This document shows positions 19,628 through 28,692 of a stretch of 64,000 nucleotides of DNA, piece after piece. A program made the translations under genes and the position numbers. This stretch comes from Candidatus Iainarchaeum sp. (lineage in GTDB: Archaea > Iainarchaeota > Iainarchaeia > Iainarchaeales > GCA-2688035). A model generated the notes under the pieces. That model ran no database searches, was not told the origin of the DNA, and saw only the letters and a list, made by a program, of their open reading frames with translations. Position 1 is the stretch's first letter, and every line of letters begins with the position of its first letter. The stretch lies in NCBI GenBank assembly GCA_017610175.1, contig JAFCCO010000003.1, forward strand, positions 21,852 to 85,851, written 5' to 3'.

Positions 19628-21517
19628 ATGCCTAAAACGGATTACTTAAAGGAACTTATGGAGAAAGTGAAGGCGGCTAAAAAAAAGCAGCCAGTGGAAG
19701 CTCCTGAAAAAGAAGAAGAAGCACCAGTAGAGGAATTTGAATCCCCTAAAGACGTACCCGCCCCAATCCAACAAATCGAAAGTATTCCAACAGTTTCTGA
19801 AAAAGACAAGATTTCACAGGAAATGGAGGATTTGCTTAAGCAGCCCACCCCCCAACCAAAAGCTGTTGCAGAACCGATTCCAGAACCTGCGAAAACAGTC
19901 CCTGTGGCAGTACCCGAACCAACCCCTGCAACAGCTCCAATTGAAGAGCCTGTTGTCGCAACAAGGGATGAAGTTCAGGCAAAGGAAAGTGTGGCTGAAG
20001 GGGTTGCGGAGATTCCAAAAGAAGAGCCTGTTGAGAAAAAAAGCGAAGCAGAAAAAGACATAGAAAAGGCTGGGAAAAAAATTGAGGTTGCAAGCTACGG
20101 CGATGTAAAAATTTACAAGATTCCCGGAAAGCCACTTCTTTACTACTTTATTCCAGTCCCGCGATCCACTGGGGCGGAAAAAACAATAATCAACACAATA
20201 AAAGAAGCCGCAACAAGGCTAATCACAATCTCACCCTACAAAATAAGGGAACCAGAGCAAAGAAGGGCGGTTTACAAGCAAAAGATTATGGAAATTCTCA
20301 GGGGAAGCCCGGAACTGCGGATTCCTGAAAGAAGATTTGAATTTTACACAGATGCTGTTGTAAGGGAAATGGTCGGCTATGGCATAATAGACCCGCTTGT
20401 AAGGGACGATAAGCTTGAGGAAATTATGGTCATAGGCCCAAAGAAGCCTGTTTACCTATTCCACAGGGATTATGAAATGATGACCTCAAACATTGAGTTT
20501 TACAACGATCAGGAAATTATTGATTTGATAAACAGAATTGCAAGGGAAATAGGTAGAAGGGTTGACATAAGCTCGCCGCTGCTGGATGCACGCCTGCCTG
20601 ACGGCAGCAGGGTCAACGCCACAATCCCCCCGGCTTCCGTCGCAGGTTCAACAATTACAATCAGAAAATTCAGAAAACAGCCATACAGCGTAATTGACCT
20701 TATTAATATGAACACGCTTTCAGCGGAATGCGCTGCCTTCCTCTGGCTTGCGGTTGAAGGGCTTGGAGTGAAACCGGCAAACGTGCTGATTGCAGGGGGG
20801 ACCGGTTCAGGAAAAACCACCCTGCTCAACGTCCTTGCATCATTTGTTCCGGAAAATGAAAGAATTGTCACAATTGAAGACACCGCCGAATTGAATTTGC
20901 CGCTCAAGCACCTAATCCGCATGGAAGCAAGACCGCCTGGGCTTGAGGGAAAGGGTGAACTGACACTGGACATTCTGACAAAAAACAGCCTCAGGATGAG
21001 ACCCGACAGGATATTGGTTGGGGAAATAAGGCACGACGAAGCATTCAGCCTGTTCACCGCAATGAACACAGGCCACGCAGGAAGCATGGGAACGGTGCAC
21101 GCAAACAGCGCGCAGGAAACACTTATCAGAATAAAAAGCCCCCCAATGTCCGTTCCGGAAGTAATGCTCAGCGGACTGGATCTTATCCTAATAGAGCACA
21201 GAATCCACGACAAGAAAAAGGGAACAATAAGAAGGCTTACTGAAATTGCAGAAGTGACAGGCGTGCTTGTGGGAAAGGCACAAACGCAAACAATTTTCGA
21301 ACGCGACCCTGTGGAAGACTCAATAATCAAAACAAACGTTCCAATAAGCTATCTCAAAGAACTGCAGGACTTTTCCGGATTCAGCAGAAAGCAAATTGAC
21401 GCAGAACTCAATGACAGAGCAGCACTGCTAAATACCCTGGTTAAAAAAAATATACACTTAATGGAAGACGTGCACAAAGAAATGCAAAACTATTTGTTGA
21501 AAAAGAAGGAAGCTTAA
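19628..21517 (+). CDS. Type IV pilus assembly ATPase (CpaF/VirB11 family)
   Basis: DARLPDGSRVN, GGTGSGKTT, TIEDTAEL, LRMRPDRILVGE, MNTGH; long P/E-rich N-terminal extension. Confidence 0.95.
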   Translation: MPKTDYLKELMEKVKAAKKKQPVEAPEKEEEAPVEEFESPKDVPAPIQQIESIPTVSEKDKISQEMEDLLKQPTPQPKAVAEPIPEPAKTVPVAVPEPTPATAPIEEPVVATRDEVQAKESVAEGVAEIPKEEPVEKKSEAEKDIEKAGKKIEVASYGDVKIYKIPGKPLLYYFIPVPRSTGAEKTIINTIKEAATRLITISPYKIREPEQRRAVYKQKIMEILRGSPELRIPERRFEFYTDAVVREMVGYGIIDPLVRDDKLEEIMVIGPKKPVYLFHRDYEMMTSNIEFYNDQEIIDLINRIAREIGRRVDISSPLLDARLPDGSRVNATIPPASVAGSTITIRKFRKQPYSVIDLINMNTLSAECAAFLWLAVEGLGVKPANVLIAGGTGSGKTTLLNVLASFVPENERIVTIEDTAELNLPLKHLIRMEARPPGLEGKGELTLDILTKNSLRMRPDRILVGEIRHDEAFSLFTAMNTGHAGSMGTVHANSAQETLIRIKSPPMSVPEVMLSGLDLILIEHRIHDKKKGTIRRLTEIAEVTGVLVGKAQTQTIFERDPVEDSIIKTNVPISYLKELQDFSGFSRKQIDAELNDRAALLNTLVKKNIHLMEDVHKEMQNYLLKKKEA

Positions 21518-22699
21518 ATGGCAAACCTCAATTTTCTGAAGAAAAAGATTTCCGAAAAAAACAAGCAAAAGAAACAGAACTTAGGCGAGCCCAAAGACGC
21601 AAAAGAAGAAGCCGTGGACATGGACCGCGTTGAACAAATTGTAAAGACAATGAAGAAAAAGTACAAGGAACAGGGAATCGAATTTGAAGAAGTCGGCGGG
21701 AGATTAAGGGAACTGCGCGGAATAATAGCAGAGGGACGCACGGGGGAAATTGAAATACAAAAAGTTGAAGCCCTTCCCGACATGAAAAATCCAATTGTCA
21801 AAACGGTCGGCAATGTTTACATCAAAATGAGAAAAATTTTCGAGCCCATCACAAAGCTCGCAATCAGGCTTCCACAATTTGATATGCTTGCATTCTACCT
21901 TTATTCCGCAAACATGAGATATTCCGCAAGGCAATATCTTGCATTATCGGTTACAGGCGCGGGAATAATTCTTGCATTTGCATTTTTTATAATAAGCATT
22001 ATCATTGCATTGCTTGACATCCCACTAATCACAAAGGTTCTGCTAATTCCGCTTGTGTCAGTGTTTGTATTCTTCTTTTCACTCATAGTACTGCTGCTTA
22101 TTCCAAGCCAAAAGGCAAAAGAAAGGGGCGCTGCAATAAGCATAGAACTTCCGTTTGCACTGCGGCACATGGCAACAGAACTTAGGGCGGGAATAGGTCT
22201 GTACAGGACAATTCAAGCTATTGCCACCGCAGGCTATGGTGCGCTAAGTGAAGAGTTTGCACGCACAATAAACGAAATTGAAGAGGGGACAGACACAAAA
22301 GATGCACTAAGGCACCTTGCACTAAGAACACAAAGCCAGGCACTAAGAAACGCACTCATGCACATAATCAGGGCACTTAAAACAGGCGGAAACCTAAGCG
22401 AAATAATGAACGATATCGCAGAGGATGTTGCATTTGAGCTAAGAATGAGCACAAGGGATTTTGCCGCCAAAATGAACTTTTTTGGGGTAATATTCATTTT
22501 TGCAGCCATAGTAATGCCAGTTATAATTGCCATACTTGGCGGAATAAGAAACAGCCCGATCGGGGAATCAGGGGGAGTAAGCTTTAAGGACATGCTTCCG
22601 CTTGGGCCTGAAGTAATTGCGGGAATATACCTAATACTAATGCCCCTTATGCTGCTCATGTTTATACTGTACATAAAAGCTTCTCAACCAAAGGTGTAA
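21518..22699 (+). CDS. Type IV pilus membrane platform protein (T2SS-F/TadB-C-like)
   Basis: ELPFALRHMATELRAG..YGALSEEF motif; TM helices; directly follows the ATPase. Confidence 0.92.
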   Translation: MANLNFLKKKISEKNKQKKQNLGEPKDAKEEAVDMDRVEQIVKTMKKKYKEQGIEFEEVGGRLRELRGIIAEGRTGEIEIQKVEALPDMKNPIVKTVGNVYIKMRKIFEPITKLAIRLPQFDMLAFYLYSANMRYSARQYLALSVTGAGIILAFAFFIISIIIALLDIPLITKVLLIPLVSVFVFFFSLIVLLLIPSQKAKERGAAISIELPFALRHMATELRAGIGLYRTIQAIATAGYGALSEEFARTINEIEEGTDTKDALRHLALRTQSQALRNALMHIIRALKTGGNLSEIMNDIAEDVAFELRMSTRDFAAKMNFFGVIFIFAAIVMPVIIAILGGIRNSPIGESGGVSFKDMLPLGPEVIAGIYLILMPLMLLMFILYIKASQPKV

Positions 22700-22703
22700 C
22701 AAG

Positions 22704-23636
22704 ATGGCTAGACAAAATTTGATTAAAAAACTGCTGGAAAAATACAAGTGGTATTTGAAAAGGGCAGACTTCAATATCCCTGTAGAAGTCTGGGTGCCGG
22801 TTTCGTTCGGCCTGGCAATAGCCTCCGCCGTAATCCTGTTCCTGTTTATTGCCCTGTTAAATTTGCCTGTAAGCCCACTAATGTCGCTTATAATTTTCCT
22901 GGTTGTAGTTGACTTAATGCTTGGATACCCCTACATAAAGGCAACTTCAAGAATTGATGCAATGGAAGCCGCCTTGCCGGATGCACTAAAGCAAATGGCG
23001 GACACACTCAAAGCAGGCGGAACATACGAATACGCACTGCGTGAAATTGCAACATCACAATACGGGCCGCTTACAAAGGAAATGGGCCTTGCATTGAGAA
23101 AACTAGAGGAGGGTGAAACCCTTGAAAACAGCCTCAAAACTTTTGCAGACAACATAGGGTCAAGGCTAATAAGCAGAAGTGTTGCGGTAATAATTGACAG
23201 CATAAAGGCAGGAGCCGGGCTTGCAACAGTCCTTGATGAAATTGCAGAAGACATAAGGGCAATGCACAGAATAGGGCGTGAAAGAAGAAGCGGAACCGCC
23301 CTCCAAGTAATGTTTATGGTTGCGGCAGGAAGCCTTGTTGCCCCAATAATTCTCGGACTAGTTTCAAGCATAATTGGGCTCTTTATTCAGGCTTCAGCAG
23401 CACTTGACATAACCGCCGCGCAAAAAGCCCAAGCACTGAGCGTAAAAGACATGATTGTGTTTCTGATGCAATCATACATCCTAGTTGAGGTAACTGCCTC
23501 AGGAGTTATGGTATCTTTAATGCGAAACGGAAACATAAGCAAAAGTATTATATACATCCCTATCCTCTTACTAGTAGCGTATATTACATACTATACCTCG
23601 TCATTTGTATCAATGATAGCAATTGGAGGAGTTTAA
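22704..23636 (+). CDS. Second type IV pilus membrane platform protein (TadC-like)
   Basis: ALPDALKQMADTLKAG..YGPLTKEM motif; TM helices. Confidence 0.92.
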   Translation: MARQNLIKKLLEKYKWYLKRADFNIPVEVWVPVSFGLAIASAVILFLFIALLNLPVSPLMSLIIFLVVVDLMLGYPYIKATSRIDAMEAALPDALKQMADTLKAGGTYEYALREIATSQYGPLTKEMGLALRKLEEGETLENSLKTFADNIGSRLISRSVAVIIDSIKAGAGLATVLDEIAEDIRAMHRIGRERRSGTALQVMFMVAAGSLVAPIILGLVSSIIGLFIQASAALDITAAQKAQALSVKDMIVFLMQSYILVEVTASGVMVSLMRNGNISKSIIYIPILLLVAYITYYTSSFVSMIAIGGV

Positions 23637-23803
23637 TGAATTTTGCAGAGGAAGAAAAAGCCCAGGGTTCAATGGAATACCTCATAATATTGGCAGGCAC
23701 CGTATTTGTAGCGGTTGCAGTAGGATTGTATCTTAAAAGTGTTCCGTCACAAACAGAACACAGAGTAGCTCAAGAAACACATGCAGCAATTCACGGTTTT
23801 TAA
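23636..23803 (+). CDS. Mini-pilin 1 (55 aa; absent from ORF track)
   Basis: Manual translation MNFAEEEKA/QGSMEYLIILAGTVFVAVAVGLYLK...HGF*; TAATG overlap with the upstream stop; GGAGG upstream. Confidence 0.85.
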   Translation: MNFAEEEKAQGSMEYLIILAGTVFVAVAVGLYLKSVPSQTEHRVAQETHAAIHGF

Positions 23804-23822
23804 AAAAAATGGAGGAAATAAG

Positions 23823-23999
23823 ATGGATGAAAAAGCACAAGGAGCACTAGAATACCTACTCCTAATAGGAGGCGCAGTACTAGTAGCAGCAATCGTCCTC
23901 ACACTCGTCACAGGACTTGCCACAACAGGACAACACACAACACATGTAGGTGGCACAAAGGTCAGTGGCCAGCTAAACGCGCTTAATGCACTGTCATAA
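23823..23999 (+). CDS. Mini-pilin 2 (58 aa), candidate major pilin
   Basis: MDEKA/QGALEYLLLIGGAVLVAAIV; GGAGG ribosome-binding site. Confidence 0.9.
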   Translation: MDEKAQGALEYLLLIGGAVLVAAIVLTLVTGLATTGQHTTHVGGTKVSGQLNALNALS

Positions 24000-24104
24000 A
24001 TATTATATTAATACGCGGAGGTGCAAAAAAATGGATGAAAAAGCACAAGGAGCACTAGAATACCTACTCCTAATAGGAGGCGCAGTACTAGTAGCAGCAA
24101 TCGT
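23823..24104 (+). repeat. Perfect 74-nt direct repeat (23823-23896 and 24031-24104)
   Basis: ATGGATGAAAAAGCACAAGG...GCAGCAATCGT is identical in both pilin 5' ends. Confidence 0.95.
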
Positions 24105-24210
24105 AATTGTTCTGCTTTCAGGACTGACAGGTACACCGCTCCACGCAAGCGAACAAGCAAATGCAAAACTGAACATAGGGTACTCAAGCCTTAACGCCCA
24201 GGCAAAATAA
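24031..24210 (+). CDS. Mini-pilin 3 (59 aa), candidate major pilin
   Basis: Same first 25 aa as mini-pilin 2 with a different C-terminus; GGAGGTG ribosome-binding site. Confidence 0.9.
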   Translation: MDEKAQGALEYLLLIGGAVLVAAIVIVLLSGLTGTPLHASEQANAKLNIGYSSLNAQAK

Positions 24211-24218
24211 TTGCCTGG
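24198..24218 (+). other. 8-bp hairpin over the stop codon of mini-pilin 3
   Basis: CCAGGCAA-AATAA-TTGCCTGG. Confidence 0.45.
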
Positions 24219-24236
24219 CAAAAAGAGGATCTAAAC

Positions 24237-24392
24237 ATGGACGAAAAGGCTCAGGGGGCAATAGAATACTTGCTTTTGATAGCGGGAGCAGTGCTAGTAG
24301 CAGCAGCAGTTCTTGCATTTATGACATTTATAGTGCCGCAAACAAAGAATACCGCTAATACAAAACTGGTAAATTTCCTCCACGCCATCTGA
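24237..24392 (+). CDS. Mini-pilin 4 (51 aa; absent from ORF track)
   Basis: Manual translation MDEKA/QGAIEYLLLIAGAVLVAAAVLAF...HAI*; GAGG upstream. Confidence 0.88.
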   Translation: MDEKAQGAIEYLLLIAGAVLVAAAVLAFMTFIVPQTKNTANTKLVNFLHAI

Positions 24393-24428
24393 GCCAAATT
24401 ATTTTTACTTAAAAACAAAGGTTTTTGC

Positions 24429-24602
24429 ATGGAAGAAAAAGCACAGGTTGCATTTGAATATCTCTTAACCGCCCTTTTTGGAATAGTGCTTGCAATATCC
24501 GCAGCAATACTGGTTGACACCATAAGGGGAATCTCACTGGTAGCGCAAGGTGAAATACTTGAGTACAGGGATGACACAATTTCTGCATTGATGCAGGGCT
24601 GA
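24429..24602 (+). CDS. Mini-pilin 5 (57 aa; absent from ORF track)
   Basis: Manual translation MEEKA/QVAFEYLLTALFGIVLAISAAIL...MQG*. Confidence 0.85.
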   Translation: MEEKAQVAFEYLLTALFGIVLAISAAILVDTIRGISLVAQGEILEYRDDTISALMQG

Positions 24603-24611
24603 GGTGTTCCA

Positions 24612-25697
24612 ATGCCCTGGAATCAAATTCTCGTTCTCATTTCCATAGCAGGATTAGGGATTGCAACATACACTGATTTAAAGCAAAGAATGGTTAGGAA
24701 CTGGCTCACCTATTCCCTTATTGCAGGGGGGCTTGCAGGAAACCTTGTTCTTGCAATAATCGAATCACGCCCCGAAATATTCATACTGTCCGCAATAGCA
24801 ACAGTGTTCGGATTTGGCTTTGCATACCTACTGTGGAAAATGGGCGTGTGGGCCGGAGGAGATGTAAAGCTGTTTACCGGTTTGGCCGCACTTAACCCGG
24901 TTGCCCCGCTTGCATTTGGCTGGATCTCACTATTCCCAATTGCACTTTTTGTGTTCTCCATTTTCGCAGTACTCCCCTACGGAATAATTATTGCACTGCA
25001 CGGCCTGATGAAACGAAATGAAGAAAGGAAGAAAGTAATCAAAGACTCGGCAGTGAAAGTAAAGCAAACAATTCAAATCGGGCTTGCAATAGTGGGGCTT
25101 TCATGGATTCTGGGAATGTTCAACATACCCGCACTAGCCATAATCCCCATATTAATCGTGTTTGGAATGATAAAAAACGCAAAAGCAATGTGGGCAATTG
25201 CCACATTGCTATTTGCGGCAAGTGCATTTAATGCCCCGATTGCAAGCATTACAAATTTCGTTGTAATCTTTGCCCTGTTCTTTGGATTCTACCTATTCAT
25301 AAAACTTTACACAGTATCCAAAATAATCCTGAGGGAAGAGAAAAAAATAAGTGAACTGGAAGAGGGGGACATTCCTGTTGAATCAATAATTGAATTGGAT
25401 GGAAACGTAAAAAGAGTAGCCCCCCTGGAAATAAAAACAATTATTAACTACCTCGCGAATAATAAAGTACAGGAACTGCTGCAATTACTGCAGTCAAAAG
25501 GGAGGGTGATTGCAAACAACAAGAGAGCAAGAGGGCTTACGGACGAGGAAATAGAAGAGCTCAACGGGCTTGTTAAAAGCAAAAAGTTGAGCAATCTGCT
25601 TCAGGTGAAGCTTTCTGCACCGTTTGTTCCCGCATTGTTAATTGCATATATCACACTTTACTTGATTGGAGATTTTGTATGGGCTTTGGTCTTATGA
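24612..25697 (+). CDS. Prepilin peptidase (A24 family, long EppA-like form)
   Basis: TYTDLK first Asp, AGGDVKL GxGD-type motif, C-terminal PFVP, extra TM helices. Confidence 0.92.
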   Translation: MPWNQILVLISIAGLGIATYTDLKQRMVRNWLTYSLIAGGLAGNLVLAIIESRPEIFILSAIATVFGFGFAYLLWKMGVWAGGDVKLFTGLAALNPVAPLAFGWISLFPIALFVFSIFAVLPYGIIIALHGLMKRNEERKKVIKDSAVKVKQTIQIGLAIVGLSWILGMFNIPALAIIPILIVFGMIKNAKAMWAIATLLFAASAFNAPIASITNFVVIFALFFGFYLFIKLYTVSKIILREEKKISELEEGDIPVESIIELDGNVKRVAPLEIKTIINYLANNKVQELLQLLQSKGRVIANNKRARGLTDEEIEELNGLVKSKKLSNLLQVKLSAPFVPALLIAYITLYLIGDFVWALVL

Positions 25698-26173
25698 AAA
25701 ACAGGAAAGGACAAATATCTATTGAGTTTATACTCATAATACTCATCGTTCTTGTATACATAACTTCCGTTATTCAGCCAACGGTAAAAATAGCCACCGA
25801 AACAACCTGGGACATTACAAGGCTTTCTGAGACAAAATTTGCAGCACAAAAACTTGCAGCCGCAATAAACCAGCTTGAAGCAAGCGGCGGAGACGGGAAA
25901 AAAACAATAAGCCTGTTTGTCCCAAAAGGCGCGGTGGTTGAATGCACCGGCATAGCATCAATAGACTTCACAGCGTCACTGGGCAGCTTGTCAGTTCCCC
26001 CTGTGTGCGATCCTATTGGAAGGGAATGCGCCGGATCAATTGAACTCGTTTCAGGAATAAGCGGCCTTAACTGTTTTGGAGGAAGCCCAATTGATGCAAG
26101 TGCAAGCAACATCTTTAGAAAAGTTGAAGTTATAAAGGACATAACCGGAATTAGGGTTGCTTATGCCTCTTAA
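25694..26173 (+). CDS. Minor pilin with class III signal peptide
   Basis: MKNRKG/QISIEFILIILIVL; four Cys in the globular part. Confidence 0.85.
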   Translation: MKNRKGQISIEFILIILIVLVYITSVIQPTVKIATETTWDITRLSETKFAAQKLAAAINQLEASGGDGKKTISLFVPKGAVVECTGIASIDFTASLGSLSVPPVCDPIGRECAGSIELVSGISGLNCFGGSPIDASASNIFRKVEVIKDITGIRVAYAS

Positions 26174-26510
26174 CAAAAAAGGGCAGGTGAGCTTTGAACT
26201 GTTAATGCTGACAGCCATCATTTTTGTAACCGCCATCTGGACAAGCGGATACTACCTAGATATAAAGGATTCAACACTGGCAATACAATTATCAAAAGCC
26301 CAGTCAATTCTGGAAATTGAGGAAGAAGACGACCTCTACACAATTGAAAAAATAGAATTTGTGGAAGTAACGAACGAACAAATAGATATTACAGTAAGAT
26401 TCTGCCCGGACTCAACAATTGATTTTGATGAAGGGGCGCTTGCAACGAAGATAACACAAAACACAAAGTACACCACCGCAAACATTGGAGTGGTGGACGG
26501 CTCCTGCTAA
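26163..26510 (+). CDS. Minor pilin with class III signal peptide
   Basis: NKKG/QVSFELLMLTAIIFV. Confidence 0.85.
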   Translation: MPLNKKGQVSFELLMLTAIIFVTAIWTSGYYLDIKDSTLAIQLSKAQSILEIEEEDDLYTIEKIEFVEVTNEQIDITVRFCPDSTIDFDEGALATKITQNTKYTTANIGVVDGSC

Positions 26511-26567
26511 ACGTTCTTCGACGAAAAGAAAACCTGTTTTTAATTGTTTTTCAAACAAGCACATGCT

Positions 26568-26930
26568 ATGCTTAAAGAAAGACACCTCGCAGCCACTGCC
26601 GCTTTGATTGCAGTGTGCGGCATTGCACTAATAGCAGCAGCAAACGCATTGGTCGAATACAAAGAAACAAGCATTGCGGAAATTGATGGCGGCAGCATAG
26701 GAAAAAGAGTACTGGTTTTTGGGCACATTGAGTGGGCTCTGCAAAAAGACAACTTTGTTCTGCTCACACTAAACGACGGGGCAAAAATAAAAGTAGTAGC
26801 TTTCTCTCCGACTAAAGAAGAGCGGGCAATTCTTGCACGCGGAGCATATGTCTCAGTCAAGGGAACAGTGAAACAATACAAAAACGAGATTGAAATTGTC
26901 GCAGAGGAAGTGAATGAGTGGAAGGGATAA
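26568..26930 (+). CDS. Membrane-anchored OB-fold protein
   Basis: N-terminal TM helix; LNDGAKIKVVAF..VSVKGTVKQYKNEIEI OB-fold pattern. Confidence 0.75.
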   Translation: MLKERHLAATAALIAVCGIALIAAANALVEYKETSIAEIDGGSIGKRVLVFGHIEWALQKDNFVLLTLNDGAKIKVVAFSPTKEERAILARGAYVSVKGTVKQYKNEIEIVAEEVNEWKG

Positions 26931-28120
26931 TGCTGGCCGTGGTTGCGGGCTGCATTATTGGAACTGTAACAGGGCTGGTTCCCGGATTGCATGTGAACAC
27001 AGTTGCAGTGCTTGCAGTCTCCATTCTCAGAGAAAACGCAGGCTTTGAAACCGTAATATTAATCGCAAGTGCGGGCATCGTGCACACCTTCCTTGATTTT
27101 ATCCCAAGCATCTGCCTGGGCGCACCAAGCGATGAAAGCTTTCTGTCAGTACTGCCAGGACAACGATTTTTTCTCAAAGGAAAAGGCCATTACGCGGTGT
27201 CACTAACTGTTTGGGGTGGGCTGGCAGCAGGAACTATGGCAATTGCATTTGCCCCCCTGTTCATAAAGTTTGTGCAAGCAAATGTCACAACCATAAACTC
27301 AATTCTGCCTTTTGTGCTGCTGTCTGTCATCGCACTAATGGTTTTTGACGAAAAGGGATTTAAAAGAAAAGGCATTGCACTCACTGTTGTAGTTTTTTCC
27401 GCAGTGTTGGGGGTTGTGGTGTTGCGCGAGACAAGCATTGTGAAAAACCCTCTTTTGCCGCTCGTTTCAGGCTTCTTTGGAGCCGCACCCCTGCTTCACA
27501 CAATAAAAAGCAAGCCAATTGCAAGAAAACAAGTGACTGAATTTGTTAAAACACGTTTCGCGCTGGTTTCAAAAAACTCAGCAATTGGATTGGCTGGAGC
27601 GGCATTTGTCTCACTCTTCCCCGGAATCGGGCCAAGCCAAGCCGCACTCACCATAAAAACAACAGCCGGAAAAATTAAGGCAAATGAATACCTTGTTGTA
27701 CTGGGTGGAATAAATACTGCAAACATGCTTTTTTCAATCGCAGCACTCTATGCAATCGGAACAACAAGAACGGGAATTGCCGCAGCAATAAAGCAAGTTA
27801 TTGAATTGGATTCAGTGCACTTGCCATCCCTTGCAGGCGCATCACTTGCAGCAATCGCATTCGGTGCAATTGCAACAATTATTATTTCAAAAAAATTCAT
27901 TAATGTAATTTCCGGCATTGAATATGCACGAATCAACGAAACCGTGCTGGTGATTCTTACCGCAAGCGTTTTTATGCTCTCCAATTTCCCGGGGATGATT
28001 GCATTTGCAAGCGCAACCGCAATAGGCTTTGCGGCAATTTCACTCAAAGTCAAAAGAAGTAATTGTATGGCCTTCCTTATGGTGCCTGCAATCCTTCAGT
28101 ACACAAGTCTATTCATTTGA
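26918..28120 (+). CDS. TctA/DUF112 family membrane protein (tripartite tricarboxylate transporter permease-like)
   Basis: GLVPGLHVN, HTFLDFIPSI.LGAP, VLPG and FPGIG motifs. Confidence 0.85.
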   Translation: MEGIMLAVVAGCIIGTVTGLVPGLHVNTVAVLAVSILRENAGFETVILIASAGIVHTFLDFIPSICLGAPSDESFLSVLPGQRFFLKGKGHYAVSLTVWGGLAAGTMAIAFAPLFIKFVQANVTTINSILPFVLLSVIALMVFDEKGFKRKGIALTVVVFSAVLGVVVLRETSIVKNPLLPLVSGFFGAAPLLHTIKSKPIARKQVTEFVKTRFALVSKNSAIGLAGAAFVSLFPGIGPSQAALTIKTTAGKIKANEYLVVLGGINTANMLFSIAALYAIGTTRTGIAAAIKQVIELDSVHLPSLAGASLAAIAFGAIATIIISKKFINVISGIEYARINETVLVILTASVFMLSNFPGMIAFASATAIGFAAISLKVKRSNCMAFLMVPAILQYTSLFI

Positions 28121-28131
28121 CTGCAAATGAC

Positions 28132-28671
28132 TTAATGCTTAACCCCAACAACCAATTGGTTGCCGCCAAACAAGAATTGCCTACTCTTTACCACGTCGAA
28201 ACCAGCACTCTCAATTATTGAGACAAGATCGTCAATTGAAAAAATATTTTTATGGTCTTGAGCGTCGTGAGCCGATGTCAAACCCAATTTTGCAAGGTAA
28301 TGATGCAAAGCATTTCCCGCTTTAGATGGAGTGGTGACAACCAACACCCCTTTCTTGTTAAGACAGGCATAAAGATTTAACAGAAGTGAATTACAATCAG
28401 ATACGTGTTCAATAACCGCCAGGAGGGCAATCGAATCAAACTTACCCAAGTCAGACAGATTATTCAAAGCACTGCGCCTAAAAAAAGAAAAATCGTCTGC
28501 CGGTTGCTGCAGCACATCAATTCCAACATATTTAGAGGAGTCAGCCAAATAATGCCTCAACCCCCCTTGTCTGCACCCAACATCCAAAACCTTTCCGCTC
28601 AGAAAGGATTTAGCTATCTTAAACCTCTGCTTTTCAAGAAATCCACTTAACATGCCCCGTTTCCTCGCCAT
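28132..28671 (-). CDS. Class I SAM-dependent methyltransferase
   Basis: VLDVGC, GID, AVIEHV and GVLVVTTP motifs. Confidence 0.88.
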   Translation of the reverse strand: MARKRGMLSGFLEKQRFKIAKSFLSGKVLDVGCRQGGLRHYLADSSKYVGIDVLQQPADDFSFFRRSALNNLSDLGKFDSIALLAVIEHVSDCNSLLLNLYACLNKKGVLVVTTPSKAGNALHHYLAKLGLTSAHDAQDHKNIFSIDDLVSIIESAGFDVVKSRQFLFGGNQLVVGVKH

Positions 28672-28692
28672 CCCAGATCACAACACGCGCAA

